From Camelus dromedarius (lineage: Eukaryota), in NCBI RefSeq assembly GCF_036321535.1, contig NC_087437.1:6758001-6822000 (forward strand): a stretch of 64,000 bases of DNA. Reading direction: 5' to 3'. This document shows, piece after piece, positions 26,814 through 39,310 of the stretch (position 1 is the first letter of the stretch; every line of letters begins with the position of its first letter). Below the pieces are notes generated by a model, which saw nothing but the letters and a program-made list of their open reading frames with translations, was not told the origin of the DNA and made no database searches. A program made the position numbers and the translations under genes.

Positions 26814-26895
26814 TTTGCAAAACAAAAGAGAGTATAAGAAGGTATATTCAAATATTTGCAAAACAAAAGAAAATCTAAGATGGTATATTTACATA
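26814..26895 (+). repeat. Diverged 41-bp tandem duplication
   Basis: tttgcaaaacaaaagagagtataagaaggtatattcaaata / tttgcaaaacaaaagaaaatctaagatggtatatttacata. Confidence 0.9.
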
Positions 26896-28689
26896 CTTAA
26901 AGGTAAACACTCAATATGGTGATTGGGCAAGACCCAATATGGTGATTAGAGAAGCTGTCTGGAGCTTGGAGTTAATATTTCACAAAAATCCCACCTAATC
27001 TTTAGACTCTCAACTGGTTCTTAAAATGACTGATGATAAGTGATAGCCAAGACAAATGAAAAGTCCAGACCTCATTGAAAACTTCTTTCCCACTGCCAGT
27101 TAGAGAGAAAGAAAGGAAACAAAATCCTGTGTCTTCAGGACAACTGGAACAGTCAGTCTCTTCAAAAAAAAAAAAAAAAAATTGTGAAAAAGGACGGTCA
27201 ACTTGGATGCCTGACTGCCTGGAGACCCAAATTCCCTCCCAGCTGAGACCATGAGCTGGTGCTTGTGGGACCTGCAGCACCATGTTTGGTCTCGCTGTGT
27301 GAGATGCTGGCTTAGCCCCTCTGTGCCAGTAACCCGCACACCCCACATCTTGGGACACATAAAGGGAGACCCCAACATTCAATCACACTTTCTGTTGGAA
27401 GAGATATCCAGCGTCTAGTTTAGATAAAGTTATGCCGGGTTCTGAGCAGCCTTGGAATTTAGTAAAGGCAGCCCAAGCCCCATAAAGAAGACTAGGAGCT
27501 GAGCGGGGGCTCCACTCCCAGTTTTGAATAGAGCAGCTCCAATTCTTAGCTAATGTTTTGTTCGTAAAATGGATTCTACCGCAAACGTTTGTAAATGACG
27601 TCTGCGATGACACCCCTCCTTTCACAGACACCTAGACCAGAGAGAGGGAGTGATTCACCCAACATCACAGCTCACGAGGCTACATTCAGGTGACTGATAA
27701 TATGCAAACTATTTTGCCGAACTGAGAGAGAAATAATGAATGCTGGATAGAATCTGGTGGCCAGAGAATTAATGAGTTCAGTAGTAACAGAAGACCATTG
27801 GCATTTATGTCTGCTTCACTCTTGCTCTACTGGTTCTTAGCCAGAAAATGTCTTTTTTCTTCCAGGAATCTTAGGCTACTTCTACAAAACAGAAAATTCC
27901 TGTGCTGGGAACAGATTTCTCAATACGAATTGGTGTGGTGGACAATAGAACCATTTCTCAGGTATTTCATCCAAAGAGCTCATGTTGATGCCAGAAAAAG
28001 AATTCTGCCCTTGGCGATATGTTGGCTGTGAACCAGTGTCCTAGGATGCTGATCCCTGACCTTGGTCATCCAGGGTTCAAGGTGACTGGACAAAGAGCAG
28101 TGTCTCTCATGCTGACCCTCCAGGCCCCCAGGATGGGGGAATCTGTATCCTATCAAGCTACCCACATTTCTTTCTTCTGATCCCGATTCCTGATGTGTCC
28201 ACAGGATGCCCACAGCTTCACTTTGTGCAAAGCCCTCCCCTCTGTTGTCTGGCCTCCTCTGTTCTTCCAGGGACAGCTGCTGCTGCCAGCCAGCCCACAG
28301 CACCATTCTGAGATGCCTCAGGGAACAGCTGGAACTCTCCCAAGGGCTGATTTTACACCACTGAATTTGGTACCAAGTATTTCCCGCTTCATAGAAAACA
28401 CGGAGAATATGTTAGGGAAACACGACTTAGAATCAGAAGTTCCAAAATTGACCAAATATTATGGTGAGAACTGCTTGCAGTATTTATTTTCAGTCTATTA
28501 AATCAATTTGTGGGGGGTGAGTATTTTCGTATTAATGTTTCCTGTTTTTCTGAAGCTCAAATTGAGGTCACAGATTAGATTCACTCACTGGAGGAAAAAA
28601 AAAAAAAAAGCAGCTTTCTTGTGTAGGAAAAGGAAATATTCTTACTTCTCTTTAGAGTCTAAATTATTTTACTGCACATAACCCTCTCC

Positions 28690-30180
28690 TCACTCCTCGA
28701 CTTCCCACCTCTTAAAGCTCAGAGACCTAGAGCTGGAGGTTTAAATAAAGTGCTACGCCTTTAAAACCAGTGAAAGCAAATGGGTTTTAATAACCCAACA
28801 GGATCCCGGTCCATCGTAACGTTTAATCTGCACTATATCTCACTTCCTAATCGCTACTTCCATTCCAATTGTGAGCAGAGAGGGTGGGTGAGTGAGGCAT
28901 TGCAGATTAAGTGCCAGTGAAACAAGTTTGCCTTACAGCTGGTGAGCCCCCGGCACACGTTCACCGTGCCTTCTGGCCGCATTCAATCCGATGATCCCAT
29001 AAACTAAAAATAATCGCCCCTAATATTAATTCCTCTTCTCCCTCGCTGCGGCTGGTCGCTGTGGTGCCGCGCTCGACTGTGCAGAATTCACCGCCATTAT
29101 TACTCTCCGTGTCTCTCGCTCTGAAATGTGATCTAATTGCAGAATCCACACCTGTTCCACAGTTCAGTAGAATTCAGCTCTGATGGAGGCAGACGCAAAT
29201 AACACGCGCGCACACACACAAGCACACTTGGGCGCGCACACCTAGACAAGTACCTAGGAGTTCAGCGGGGGGTCAAAAAATAAATACATTGATAAAGAGG
29301 GGGAGCTTATCGGGATATGATATCCTAGAGAGGAGGAGGGGGGAGAAGAGGCTGTGTTTTGTGGTCACTGGAAGATTGCTGATGGGTGCATAAATAAGGC
29401 ATGCTGGAACATCTGTTCTTTGTTGTGCATTCAGCTTTTTAATGTGTTCAAAGAGCAGCTCTGACGCATCGCTGACTACCACTCCCCATCCGAGCAACAT
29501 TTTACCAGAAAATAATAAACCTTCCTGGTGGGGTGCAGGGAGCCAAGGCATTCGGGCAATGCCATTAATTTGGAAATATCTCTTTTTGCTGGGATTTTAA
29601 AATCTCTCTCCCTTTGAACATTGCACAAATTTGGGACCCAGCCTAGCATCCCTCTCAGCCTAAACATTAAATCAGTCTGAATATCTATTCAACCTTTTTT
29701 TTTTTTTTAAAGTCAGTAAAGAAAAGGGAGGGGGAGACCGTCAAGTCAAAGTTTATAGACATTCCCCCCTTGCTTTTAATGCTATTAATGTGAGCGGCTA
29801 TCTATTGGGATTATTTTTTTTTTAACATGTTCCAGTATTTATTTGTTCTGATAAAATTCAGAGGCAGCTGAGGCCCCTGACAGTTGAACAATATTGGCTG
29901 GTTATTTTGATACAGTGTGGTAGGCAGCAAAAGATTTAAAAAAAAAAAAAAAAGAAAAAAGAAAAAAGAAAAAGACTGAGCCTCCTAAACCGAGGAAAAC
30001 CAGCTTGAATTCTAAAATAAAATTTTAGCAGCATGGATTTCTCTTGCCATAGGCTATGAGGCTACTATGAATTTCAGATGCATTTCCTGAGCTGTCAATG
30101 AGGTGGAAAGATGAGATTGGCATTACGAAGATTTGTGGCAGCTCCATTCAGTGTAATTGCAAACGAAGGTACAGCGACAC
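28690..30180. promoter_or_regulatory. Candidate conserved non-coding element/enhancer cluster
   Basis: Repeat-free, locally CpG-retaining (28950-29270), many TAAT/ATTA, CATAAA, TGACAG and ACAAT motifs; conservation not verified. Confidence 0.5.
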
Positions 30181-30774
30181 TAAACCACCACCCAAGAAGC
30201 GCTGTCGCCGAACACGCGGGGTAGAGAGAACTCACCAGACAACCCCGGGACCAGGAGGGCGATTTCTTTATGTCACTGTATTGGGCTTTTATGTCTCCCC
30301 CATCTTTAGGTCACAGCTCAGAAGCCCTGCAATACCAGTTCACTGCTGGAGGTTGCTTCCAGAACCAGCTGAACTAAATCTTGTGACAGGGAGACAGGAC
30401 CTTTTGGGTCCAGGGTTGTTATTTAAACTCTCTCTTTCTAACAGTCCCTCTTTATAATCTTGGAGCGTAGAGCCTGGCCTCCCTCTTCTTGTCTCCGTCA
30501 GCCCCTTTTCACAGGAGATAAGTTACCATTCGATCTAGGTCAAGGGGAGGAGGTGCCCCGCAGGCTCTGCTTTGGGGGTGGGGCATTCTGGGTACAGTGG
30601 GCCACCCACTGCTTGAGTCTGTAATGCCAAGAGACAGAGGTTGGTGATTAGATGAGTGACTTCTCAAAAAAAATTTCCATCCTTTGGTTGGTTTTCTGTG
30701 GTCCTCTTTTTGGTTACTTTGGGGATTTACAGTATTCAGTATCAAGATAACATAATCTAAAGACACTGGATTTG

Positions 30775-31547
30775 AATGCTGGAGGGGGTGTGGAGAAAAG
30801 GGAAGCCTCCTACACTGTTGGTGGGAATGCAGTTTGGTGCAGCCACTATGGAAAACAGTATGGAGATTCCTTAAAAAACTAAAAATAGACTTACCCTATG
30901 GTCCTGCAATCCCACTCCTGGGCATATATCTGGAGGGAACTCTAATTTGAAAAGATACACGCACCCCAATGTTCATATCAGCACTATTTACAATAGCCAA
31001 GACGTGAAAGCAACCTAAATGCCCATCAACAGATGACTGGATAAAGAAGTGTATGTATTCAATGGAATACTACTCAGCCATAAAAAGAGAATGAAATAGT
31101 GCCATTTGCAGCGACATGGATGGACCTGAAGATTGTTATTCTAAGTGAAGTAAGCCAGAAAGAGAAAGACAAACACCATATGATATCACTTATATGTGGA
31201 ATCTGAAATAAAAAGACACAAATTAACTTATTTACAAAACAGATACAGACTCACAGACATAGAAAACAAATTTATGGTTACCTGGAGGGGAAGGGTGTGG
31301 GAAGGGATAAATTATGAGATTCAAGATTTGCAGATACTGACTACTATATATGAGAGATAAACATACAAGAGCCTACTCTATAGCACAGGGAACTATATTC
31401 AATATCTTGTAGTAACCTATAATGAAAAATGTGAAAATGAATATATGTGTGTATATGTGCATGACTAGAACATTATGCTGTACACCAGAAATTGGCACAA
31501 TGTTGTAAACTGACTATACTCAATTAAAAAAAGGTAAAACAATAAAT
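30775..31547 (+). mobile_element. Young LINE-1 3' fragment with degraded target-site duplication
   Basis: ORF2 C-terminus + 3'UTR + A-rich tail; TSD aaagacactggatttg (30759-30774) / aaaaatattggatttg (31548-31563). Confidence 0.95.
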
Positions 31548-32966
31548 AAAAATATTGGATTTGTCACAGATTAAACCTAATTATGTTATATTTGATGGTA
31601 TCTTTGCTGCTTAAAACGTCCACAGAATGATAGCTTTCCAAAAGGTTAATTAACGTGACTATTTCCATGAGGGTGTTCTACTCTGTACTTTCAAGGACAT
31701 CAGTATGGAAGTAAATGATGGTTTTTGGACAGCTATAAAAAATTTAAGAAAATTTAATTGTCTTTAAATTGGAAGGAGTACTTTGGGGACGTGTGGTTAG
31801 GATATATTCTATACAGACTTACTCCATATAACAACTGTCCAGTAAATGAATTTTCACCACAGTGCTTGAAAAGTCATGCTATTCATACTTTTTTCAGTAT
31901 AACTACTTTTAACCCCTGCAAACCTACGACATAAACGTGTTATGAGAAGTGATGTTTTGACATTATTGTTTCAGGCAAAGATATACTAATTTACTCAACA
32001 AAAGTTTCTAGTCAAAGATTCGCATGTGGAACAAATTTTAATTTCATGCCATGTTTGGATGAATCCCCAAGTTTTGCATCTTGTATACAAACCAAGTGAG
32101 AGGGAGGAAGACAGTATTTTCTACGATGCTATTTCCACGTGTTTCAGTGCTCAACTTTACCCTATTCTTGCTCAAATTTACAAATATATATACAGATATC
32201 TCTCTATATATATATCTCCTTAAGACAAAGCTGTGTGATTCTGATACTGAATGTGTGCATGAAAATCAATCTCCTGACTTTTCATCTCCTTCCAAAAAGG
32301 GACTCTGCTCTGTAGTGGATGCAGGGAGGCATGGCCTAGGTTGGCCTTTAGTACTGCAGGATGGTCACCTGGTGTTTGGGGGTGCTAGTCCCTGACAGCC
32401 CTAACTCACTATCTGCTCTGACTGTTACCCTAAGGCGAAGAGAATTACCTTGACAAGGTATTACTACAGTCCCAGGCGCCACCTCATCCCAATGACTGGT
32501 CAAAGTGAGGCTGTAATATCCAGGACACTTCACTGCAGTTCAGGACACCTTGGGAGATTCATTCCACCTCCAGAGTTCCCGGTGGAGCTGGCTGATGAAC
32601 TCGTTGGGACCACTTTACTAGTCTTAATCTCTTTCCTTCCCTTCTAAGGCAAGTCCATCCTGAGATCCCTCTTTGAACTTTTGGCATACTGACTTCTGTT
32701 CCAGAATCTCCTTCCCTGGAAAGACACTCCCTGCAATGCTGTTTCATCTGTTCTCCAACCACCAATGATCATCCCCTTGGGTGAGTACAATAAACCTTCC
32801 CTACCTTATATTTTGCGTACAAGCTATATTTATTACCATCTGACTGATGACTTACATGAACTCGGTTTTATTGTTGCACTGACAGATTTTTTTTTTCAAT
32901 CTATGATATTACTCAGATACCTTGAGTTGGGATGGAATGCATTTGAATTTTTTCCATGAAAATTAA

Positions 32967-33050
32967 TAATATATATATATATTATTAAAGTATAGACACA
33001 CACACACACATATATATATACACATACATATACATATATATATATATATT
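32967..33050 (+). repeat. Compound (TA)n/(CA)n microsatellite
   Basis: atatatatatat...acacacacacacacatatatatatacacatacatatacatatatata. Confidence 0.9.
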
Positions 33051-33127
33051 ATTTAAATGCTTTCACGCGGTGGTGAGGCTTTGGGAGAAGCTGGAATTGC
33101 TGAGTGAGGGATGGTGTTGTTAGTGCC

Positions 33128-33700
33128 TGTATCAGCCAGAGGGCTCTCAGCTGCATGTGACTCAAGAGTCAGCCCAAAGTGACCTAAACAACAAGAAGAA
33201 CACATTCTCTCAATTAGTAAGAAATTGAGAGGTAGGAAAGTGCCAGGCTGGCTAATTCAAAGGCTCAATAATGTCATCAAGGACCTGGCTTCCTTCCCTC
33301 TCTTCATACCTTCATCCTCAGCAACTTAGCTAAACTTCATGGGACCTCAAGATGGTTGCCCCCATTACAGGCAACAATGTCAAGGTGAGAAAAAGAAATG
33401 AGAGCATGGCCCCTCTCTGGGTCTGTCTTCAAGGATAAGAAAACCTTTCTTAGAAGTCCCCTCAGTAGACTTCACTCATATCTTTCTGGCCAAAATTTTG
33501 CCAAGGGTTCATTCCAAAACCAATAACTAGCAATGGGAATAAAATTACCATGACTGTCTTAGGTTAACCAGGATTCACCTCTTGGGGCTGGTGCTGGGCA
33601 CACCCTTTCCTAAAGCACAAAGTTGTTCAATATCTGAACAGACCTGGGGGTCTTCCCTTGAGGACAAAAGGGAGATTGGCTATTGAGTAGGGTAATTGGG
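33128..33700 (-). mobile_element. MaLR solo LTR (MLT1K-like)
   Basis: tgtatcagccag...gctcaataatgtcatcaaggacctggcttcc...aagatggttgcc...tggctattgagtagg. Confidence 0.75.
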
Positions 33701-34079
33701 TAATCATTGATCTTAGAACAGCCTCTAACTCCCGTGGCCAAGGATTCCTGCCCCGGTTCTTGACTTAGAGTAACTAACAGATGACTTAAACCTAAGGAGC
33801 ATAATTCAGCAATGACTTTAGGAAGAAAATTATTTTATAAATTCTTTATAAATCAAAATTTAGACATATGTTTCATGTGTATCTAGTCAATATATGGACT
33901 TAGATATGCATACACAACCATGCACCAAAAATCATGAATGTGTGTGCGTCAGTGACACTTTCAGGATGCCATTATTGTCAGGTTACAGAAATAAACATTT
34001 CAGTTAAACTCCATATCTGGTCTCCTATGTATTTTTTTTCTAAAGGTTGTTGGATAAAAAACACTATTTCCACAGTTAA

Positions 34080-34632
34080 CAGTGATGCCAGCAGTTAATG
34101 GTGGAATGGAGGCAGAGAAGCCAGAAATAAAATGAAAGCAAAATCAGTCTGCTCGGTTGTGTTCTCCAGCAACATCTGTGAGAAGAGTGAGGGTTAATTT
34201 TAAAGGGGGACCATAGATTCTGGATAAAGACGTAAGTGATTGGTGCGATTAACCTACTGGAGGGCTCAATGTGGTTGAAGAATGGCAAGAGATTAGGAAC
34301 AAGAGTAAGCAAACAGGAAAGATACACGTCTAAGAATAGACTATTTTGATATTGAAGCTGGAGACATTTTTAGTTAATGAGAAGGTATAAAATGTGACTA
34401 TGGCCATGGTGCCTGAGAAGGAGCTGTCGTCAGGGGGTCAATGAACTCAGAAGCTAGGCTCGTTTTCCTAGATGTTGGAGTCGTGAAAAATGATGCAGGC
34501 TGTGGGTGTATCATGGAACATCAAGGGAGGGGCTCCTGTGTTCATGTTTACCATGAACTATAAGTGGCTGAGGGATAGGAGAGAGCCTGGGGGAAGAGGA
34601 GTAGATAGTCATATGGGTAAAAGCCTAAAAGG

Positions 34633-34663
<31 letters not shown>

Positions 34664-34900
34664 GTAGAAAGCACGGAAAGAAGTCATTGGGAAGCAGTAA
34701 AAGGAAGCTGGGAAGACTGTAGAAGGGTGAGTGGGTATCTGGAAACAAAAATAGAAGTGGAGAGACTTGGAGATGAAGGGGAAAAGAAGCAGACGTGCAG
34801 ACAAGTCATGTTTTTCTGAGGCAAACCTGTCACAACTTGGCTGATGGATTAGAGATGAAGGGTGAAAGAAAGGGTGGAGTCAAGAATGGTCAGAAAGAGA
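34080..34900 (-). mobile_element. LINE-2 fragments
   Basis: Purine-rich degenerate pattern, e.g. acaacttggctgatggattagagatgaagggtgaaagaaagggtggagtcaagaatg. Confidence 0.5.
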
Positions 34901-35834
34901 ATGTCTGGCACTAGCTGACCCCCCTCTGAAGTTTCAGATGGCTCCAGTGGAAGGGGATAGGAAGGACAGAAGGGTGCGGGGTGGAGGCAGGTAAGGACTT
35001 GTCTGCAACCGTCCAGGGAGGAGAGGCTGCATGGTGACAGATGGCCATGGAAGCTTGGAATTTGGTGACCAGTGCAGTACAGGGGATATAAGGTGTAGTT
35101 GGATTAAGGCTTGGAGGATGGTGACGAATGTTCCGAGCATTTTCATCCCTAATGCATTTTGCTCTATTGACGGCTTCCAGGATTATGCTTCTTGTATATA
35201 CTATACGAGTCTCTTGGGAACAGTTTTCACACTGCAGAATGGCAGTGTCCATAGAAGTATGGCGCCCTATGTTTGAAGATCCCCAGGTGCTCATTAAGCT
35301 GAAACAACTGCATAAAATACAAGAAGGATGCTTCTCTCTACTCCTATTTAACCTGCACAAAAAATGGGACATTCCACAGAGGCATATACTTAAACTTGAA
35401 AATGATGGAAACTTTATTACATAAGCAACTGTTACATTGAACAAGCATGTTGTGTTGGGTGTAACCATTAAACTACTTCACATTTCATCTACTGTTCCCT
35501 TAAATGTATTCTGTAGGGTCAGCTGCTGCTTTGCCCTTCCATGAAATCTAGGGCGAGCCCCAAGACTTTTTTAATTATCTTAGATAATCAAGTATCTTCC
35601 AGTGCCTCCAAATCACAAAATGCAGACTCAGGTTTGTAATTCATATCTCCAGTCCAGTGTAATAACAGTAATAATTAAAAAAAAATCAAGATCGTACGTA
35701 GGGAGAATTGGGGCTGAGAGGAAAGCAGCAGATCATTTCTGACTTGACCAATACTGTTGTGATAACCTAGTTTCCACATTCTTTGGGTTTGTCCAGTTTA
35801 AAGCCAATGCCTTCTTTGATTGATGATTTTTCAG

Positions 35835-36346
35835 ACCCGTTGGGGATGCCCCATGAATCAGGCACCTCTTGTGCCTTCTTACTTCACACCATCTTGACTC
35901 AAGTGCCTTTTGCCCCAGTCATGGTTGTGGCAAGCACAAAGTAGCTGGTGCCACCTGGTGCCACCTTGTGCCACCTCCCCTCCGACTCAACATGCATTTC
36001 TGGCTTTCTGCGCTGAAGATTTTCGGATGCTGCTGCTGCGCTGAAGATTTTCGGGGTCCAGGACACAGCTGGGAACCCACTTAAAGTCACATGCAAGTGG
36101 AGGGAGTTTATGCCCTGTGGGTAAATGCCCTTTTCCTGTCTCTCTGTGGGCACTGATATAGCACTTTCTACTCCAGGAGGCCACCGTGGGCTTGAGTCCC
36201 AGCCACCCACAGTCCGGCTCAGCAGCACACATCTGGCAGGCTGTCCTTCTTGCCTGTTCCCCACTCTTCTTTTTGTTCACTTTTCAAACTGAGCTACCTT
36301 CATGCAAACCCTTGCCTCAGGCTCTGTTTCCTGGGCTGTGAGGACA
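35835..36346 (+). mobile_element. ERVL solo LTR (LTR16-like)
   Basis: ...gggagtttatgcccc-like motif; ends cttcatgcaaacccttgcctcaggctctgtttcctggg. Confidence 0.65.
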
Positions 36347-37989
36347 CCTCACCCATCGTTAGGGAGCGCCTGCCTCCAGTTCCCGTGACATGAGTAAACG
36401 CATTCCTAACTGCCTTTTGGACTTCTCAGCATCCCAGGTACGTGTTCAACTTCTTTCTGCTAGAATCTTTTTGCCCCTTCTGCCAAATCTTCCTGGACAG
36501 TATCTAAGACAACCCCTACAACCCCTATTTCTGCTCTGTGTCTTTGCAAAGGAGCCTGTTTCCGATTCACAGAAAACTCACAAGTCGTAAGTGACAAACA
36601 ACTGGCCATGCAGGCTGATTCCAACGTACTCGCCTTTCTTTCTTCTGTCACCAGGCAGGGCTTTCATATATTAGATTTCTCAGGAGCGAGGGAGACATGA
36701 AACCACCCCTGTGGCACCCGGGCTCAAAGGACACATGTGCAGCTCTCCAAGTGGTTTCCCTAAAGAACCTGTCCCCTGCCCTTCACAGCCTCCACTCTGA
36801 GGGCAGGGTGGGGTTCATAGCATACCAACAGCTCTCTCCAAAATTTTATTTTTTTGTCTGATCTTTTTCATTTCCTTATCTCCTCCAACCTTTTCACACG
36901 ATGAATGTGGGTGATCAACTGAAAATTGCGAGTTTTGTAATCAAACACTTCCTTTGCCCCTCCTTCATGGACGTCTCACACTTTGAATTGGAAGGTGACC
37001 TCTACCGTCTCGGGACGTTACGAAAAGTAGCTCCAACTTAATGTTATGACGTATACAAAGGACAGCAGCTTTGTGAGTGCTCTGAGTCTCTAAGGTCTGA
37101 TTGTTGGTATAGAATTGTTTGATTGTAATTAACTTTGTGGTCTGTTTGGAATACGTGTAAAGACGGAGAGTTTCCAGTACTTAAAGAAGAGTCAAGGAGA
37201 TGACCAAACTTTCAACTAAAGATCACTCTCTGTTAGGAAATAACTGACTGGCAAAGTAGATACTGAATGAGGGATGTGTGAGTGGCTCTCTTAGCCTCAA
37301 GTCTATTAAGTTCTTTGTTGGTGATTAGAAATATAATCATTCCCTCATGTAAAACTGTTTTCACAAACTTGCTATAACTCTCTTTGTATTTGGGGGCCTC
37401 AAAAGAGGAAAGAAATGATCCAACTGATGAAGAGAGAATGGGGAAATAAATGGAGTAATTATGAGCTGGAGTAACAAATACTACTTAGGCATATACCAAT
37501 TATTTCTGCAAAATCCACAATTTATGGAAAGAAATCTCACTGTTTACATATTGATCAACTTTTATTCATACCAGAAGAGAATACTTTGTAATAAAGATTT
37601 CCCACTGATTTGGAGGAAAGTGTATCCCAGCAAAGTGCCAGAGGACTGACTGCTTCATCTCAGCGGCTCTTATTTTTACCACCACGACGAAAACAGCTTT
37701 ATGTGAAGAGAAAGATCGTCCTGTGTAAATCTCTTTATGAATGAATGAGCCTGAAAAAGAGAGAATTGCCCGGGTTCCGCCGACTCTCTGGCTATTCATG
37801 TTAACGTGTTGTCTGAAACGCAAGTGGATTTGGGTAACTCTTGCATCAAAGCTGCTGACAAAGATTTACATGGTTTCCCCACAATGAGTCTACTTCTCTT
37901 TGAATAGTGACAGTGACTAATGCCGTCCTTGCCTTAGAGGAAGCATTTTAAAAAATCTTATCCGTGTTTTACGAAGGCAGTTTTTAGCC

Positions 37990-38168
37990 CACAGAATTAT
38001 AGGAGTGGAAAGTAAACTTAGAGACCATGTCATCCATCCCTTCTCATCATGAATCAGAAAGCTGAGGCCAGGGAGATTAAAGAGAGGCATTGGGCTAATG
38101 GTACAGGATTGTCTAGACCTCATGTCCTCTCATTTCAAATCTGACATCCCTACCACTGCACCGTGCTG
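37990..38168 (-). mobile_element. MIR SINE
   Basis: cttagagaccatgtcatcc...gaaagctgaggccagggagattaaag...ctaccactgcaccgtgctg. Confidence 0.75.
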
Positions 38169-39310
38169 TGAAGAATCAGACCAGTTCGATTCCTCGATAA
38201 GCCTAAAGGAGCTTGACGGCATTGCCCTCTGAGATAGACACGTGCTGGTTAAAGTATGGGGGAGCAGTCAAGTTCTATGTGAAACGCAGGACTTTAAAAA
38301 ATTTCCAAAATAGGGAAGGAGGTCAGCTTTCAGTTTTTTACTTGATTTTTGGCCAAGAACTCTTTCTCTTATGTTTATAATTTCACCCAGATTGTGGGTG
38401 AATCAAACCAATAAGGCTTGTAAACAAGCCTTTGTTATTTCTAGTTACCCGTGAGTATTACCGTGAGCTGGGGCTCAGGACGTCCGTATAAACCTCTGGG
38501 AGACCACCCTACGTGAGAAACCATTAACCCCATGGGCACTGTAACTGAAAGGACAGTCTTCCAACCTCCCACCCTAATTTCCAATGCTGGATAAAATGAA
38601 AACATATCTTTATTTTTAATCACTCTCCATTTAGGGTGGTAGTGACTACACTACCTAAAAACAGAATCTTCTACACCGTCAAGAAAAGATCTCATTTCAA
38701 AGTGTTTGGATGTGACCGCACAGGTGTAGCCGTGGTCTGGGGGTCAGCGGAGGAATGAAGGGAAACTGGCGAGGCCCCACACGGCAAAGCGAAGCATCGT
38801 TTCTGGCTGGGCAAGAGGACAATCACATGGATACATGGGGATTTTTCCTCTTCTGTGATGTTGATGTGACCCACACTGTTTCTGAGAATTACAGTTTTAC
38901 GCTGGGGGGTGGGGGTGGTGGTGGTGTATGTGCTGGGAGAGGGAGGTTATCTTCCCGACTATCACAGAAGGTGAAGAGACTCTGCCACCACAGATGGATG
39001 GACAGAACTTGAGGGGGCAGGCAGTGATGAAGATGGCCTGGTGAAGTTCTCCTTGGGGCTACTGTAGACCAAGTAATTTCAGCTCTGGGCATTTATTTTG
39101 TGGATCATAATACCTGCCTTCACTTCTTACGAGGAGAAGGGTGCAGATCACCTCTGCGGGACAGAACGAAGCCCTGTGGTCCAGAAAGGGGGCAGAGAGC
39201 GGCAATAGGAACACATTAGAAAGGCGCTCTCGCTCTCTTTGAAGAAAAGTGAATCTAGGAATCAGAGGAACCCCAGGAGGAGTTTAAGCTTTTGCTCCTT
39301 CCCCTTAGAC

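Noticed and set aside
27270..27290. REST/NRSE half-site cagcaccatg
   Set aside because: The right half (GGACAG) is absent.
34911..35468. 185-aa minus-strand ORF
   Set aside because: No recognisable domain, composition typical of random frames, no supporting splice or promoter structure.
36008..36054. Repeat-spacer-repeat as a CRISPR-like array
   Set aside because: Only two 19-bp units with a 9-nt spacer, in mammalian LTR sequence, with no cas genes.
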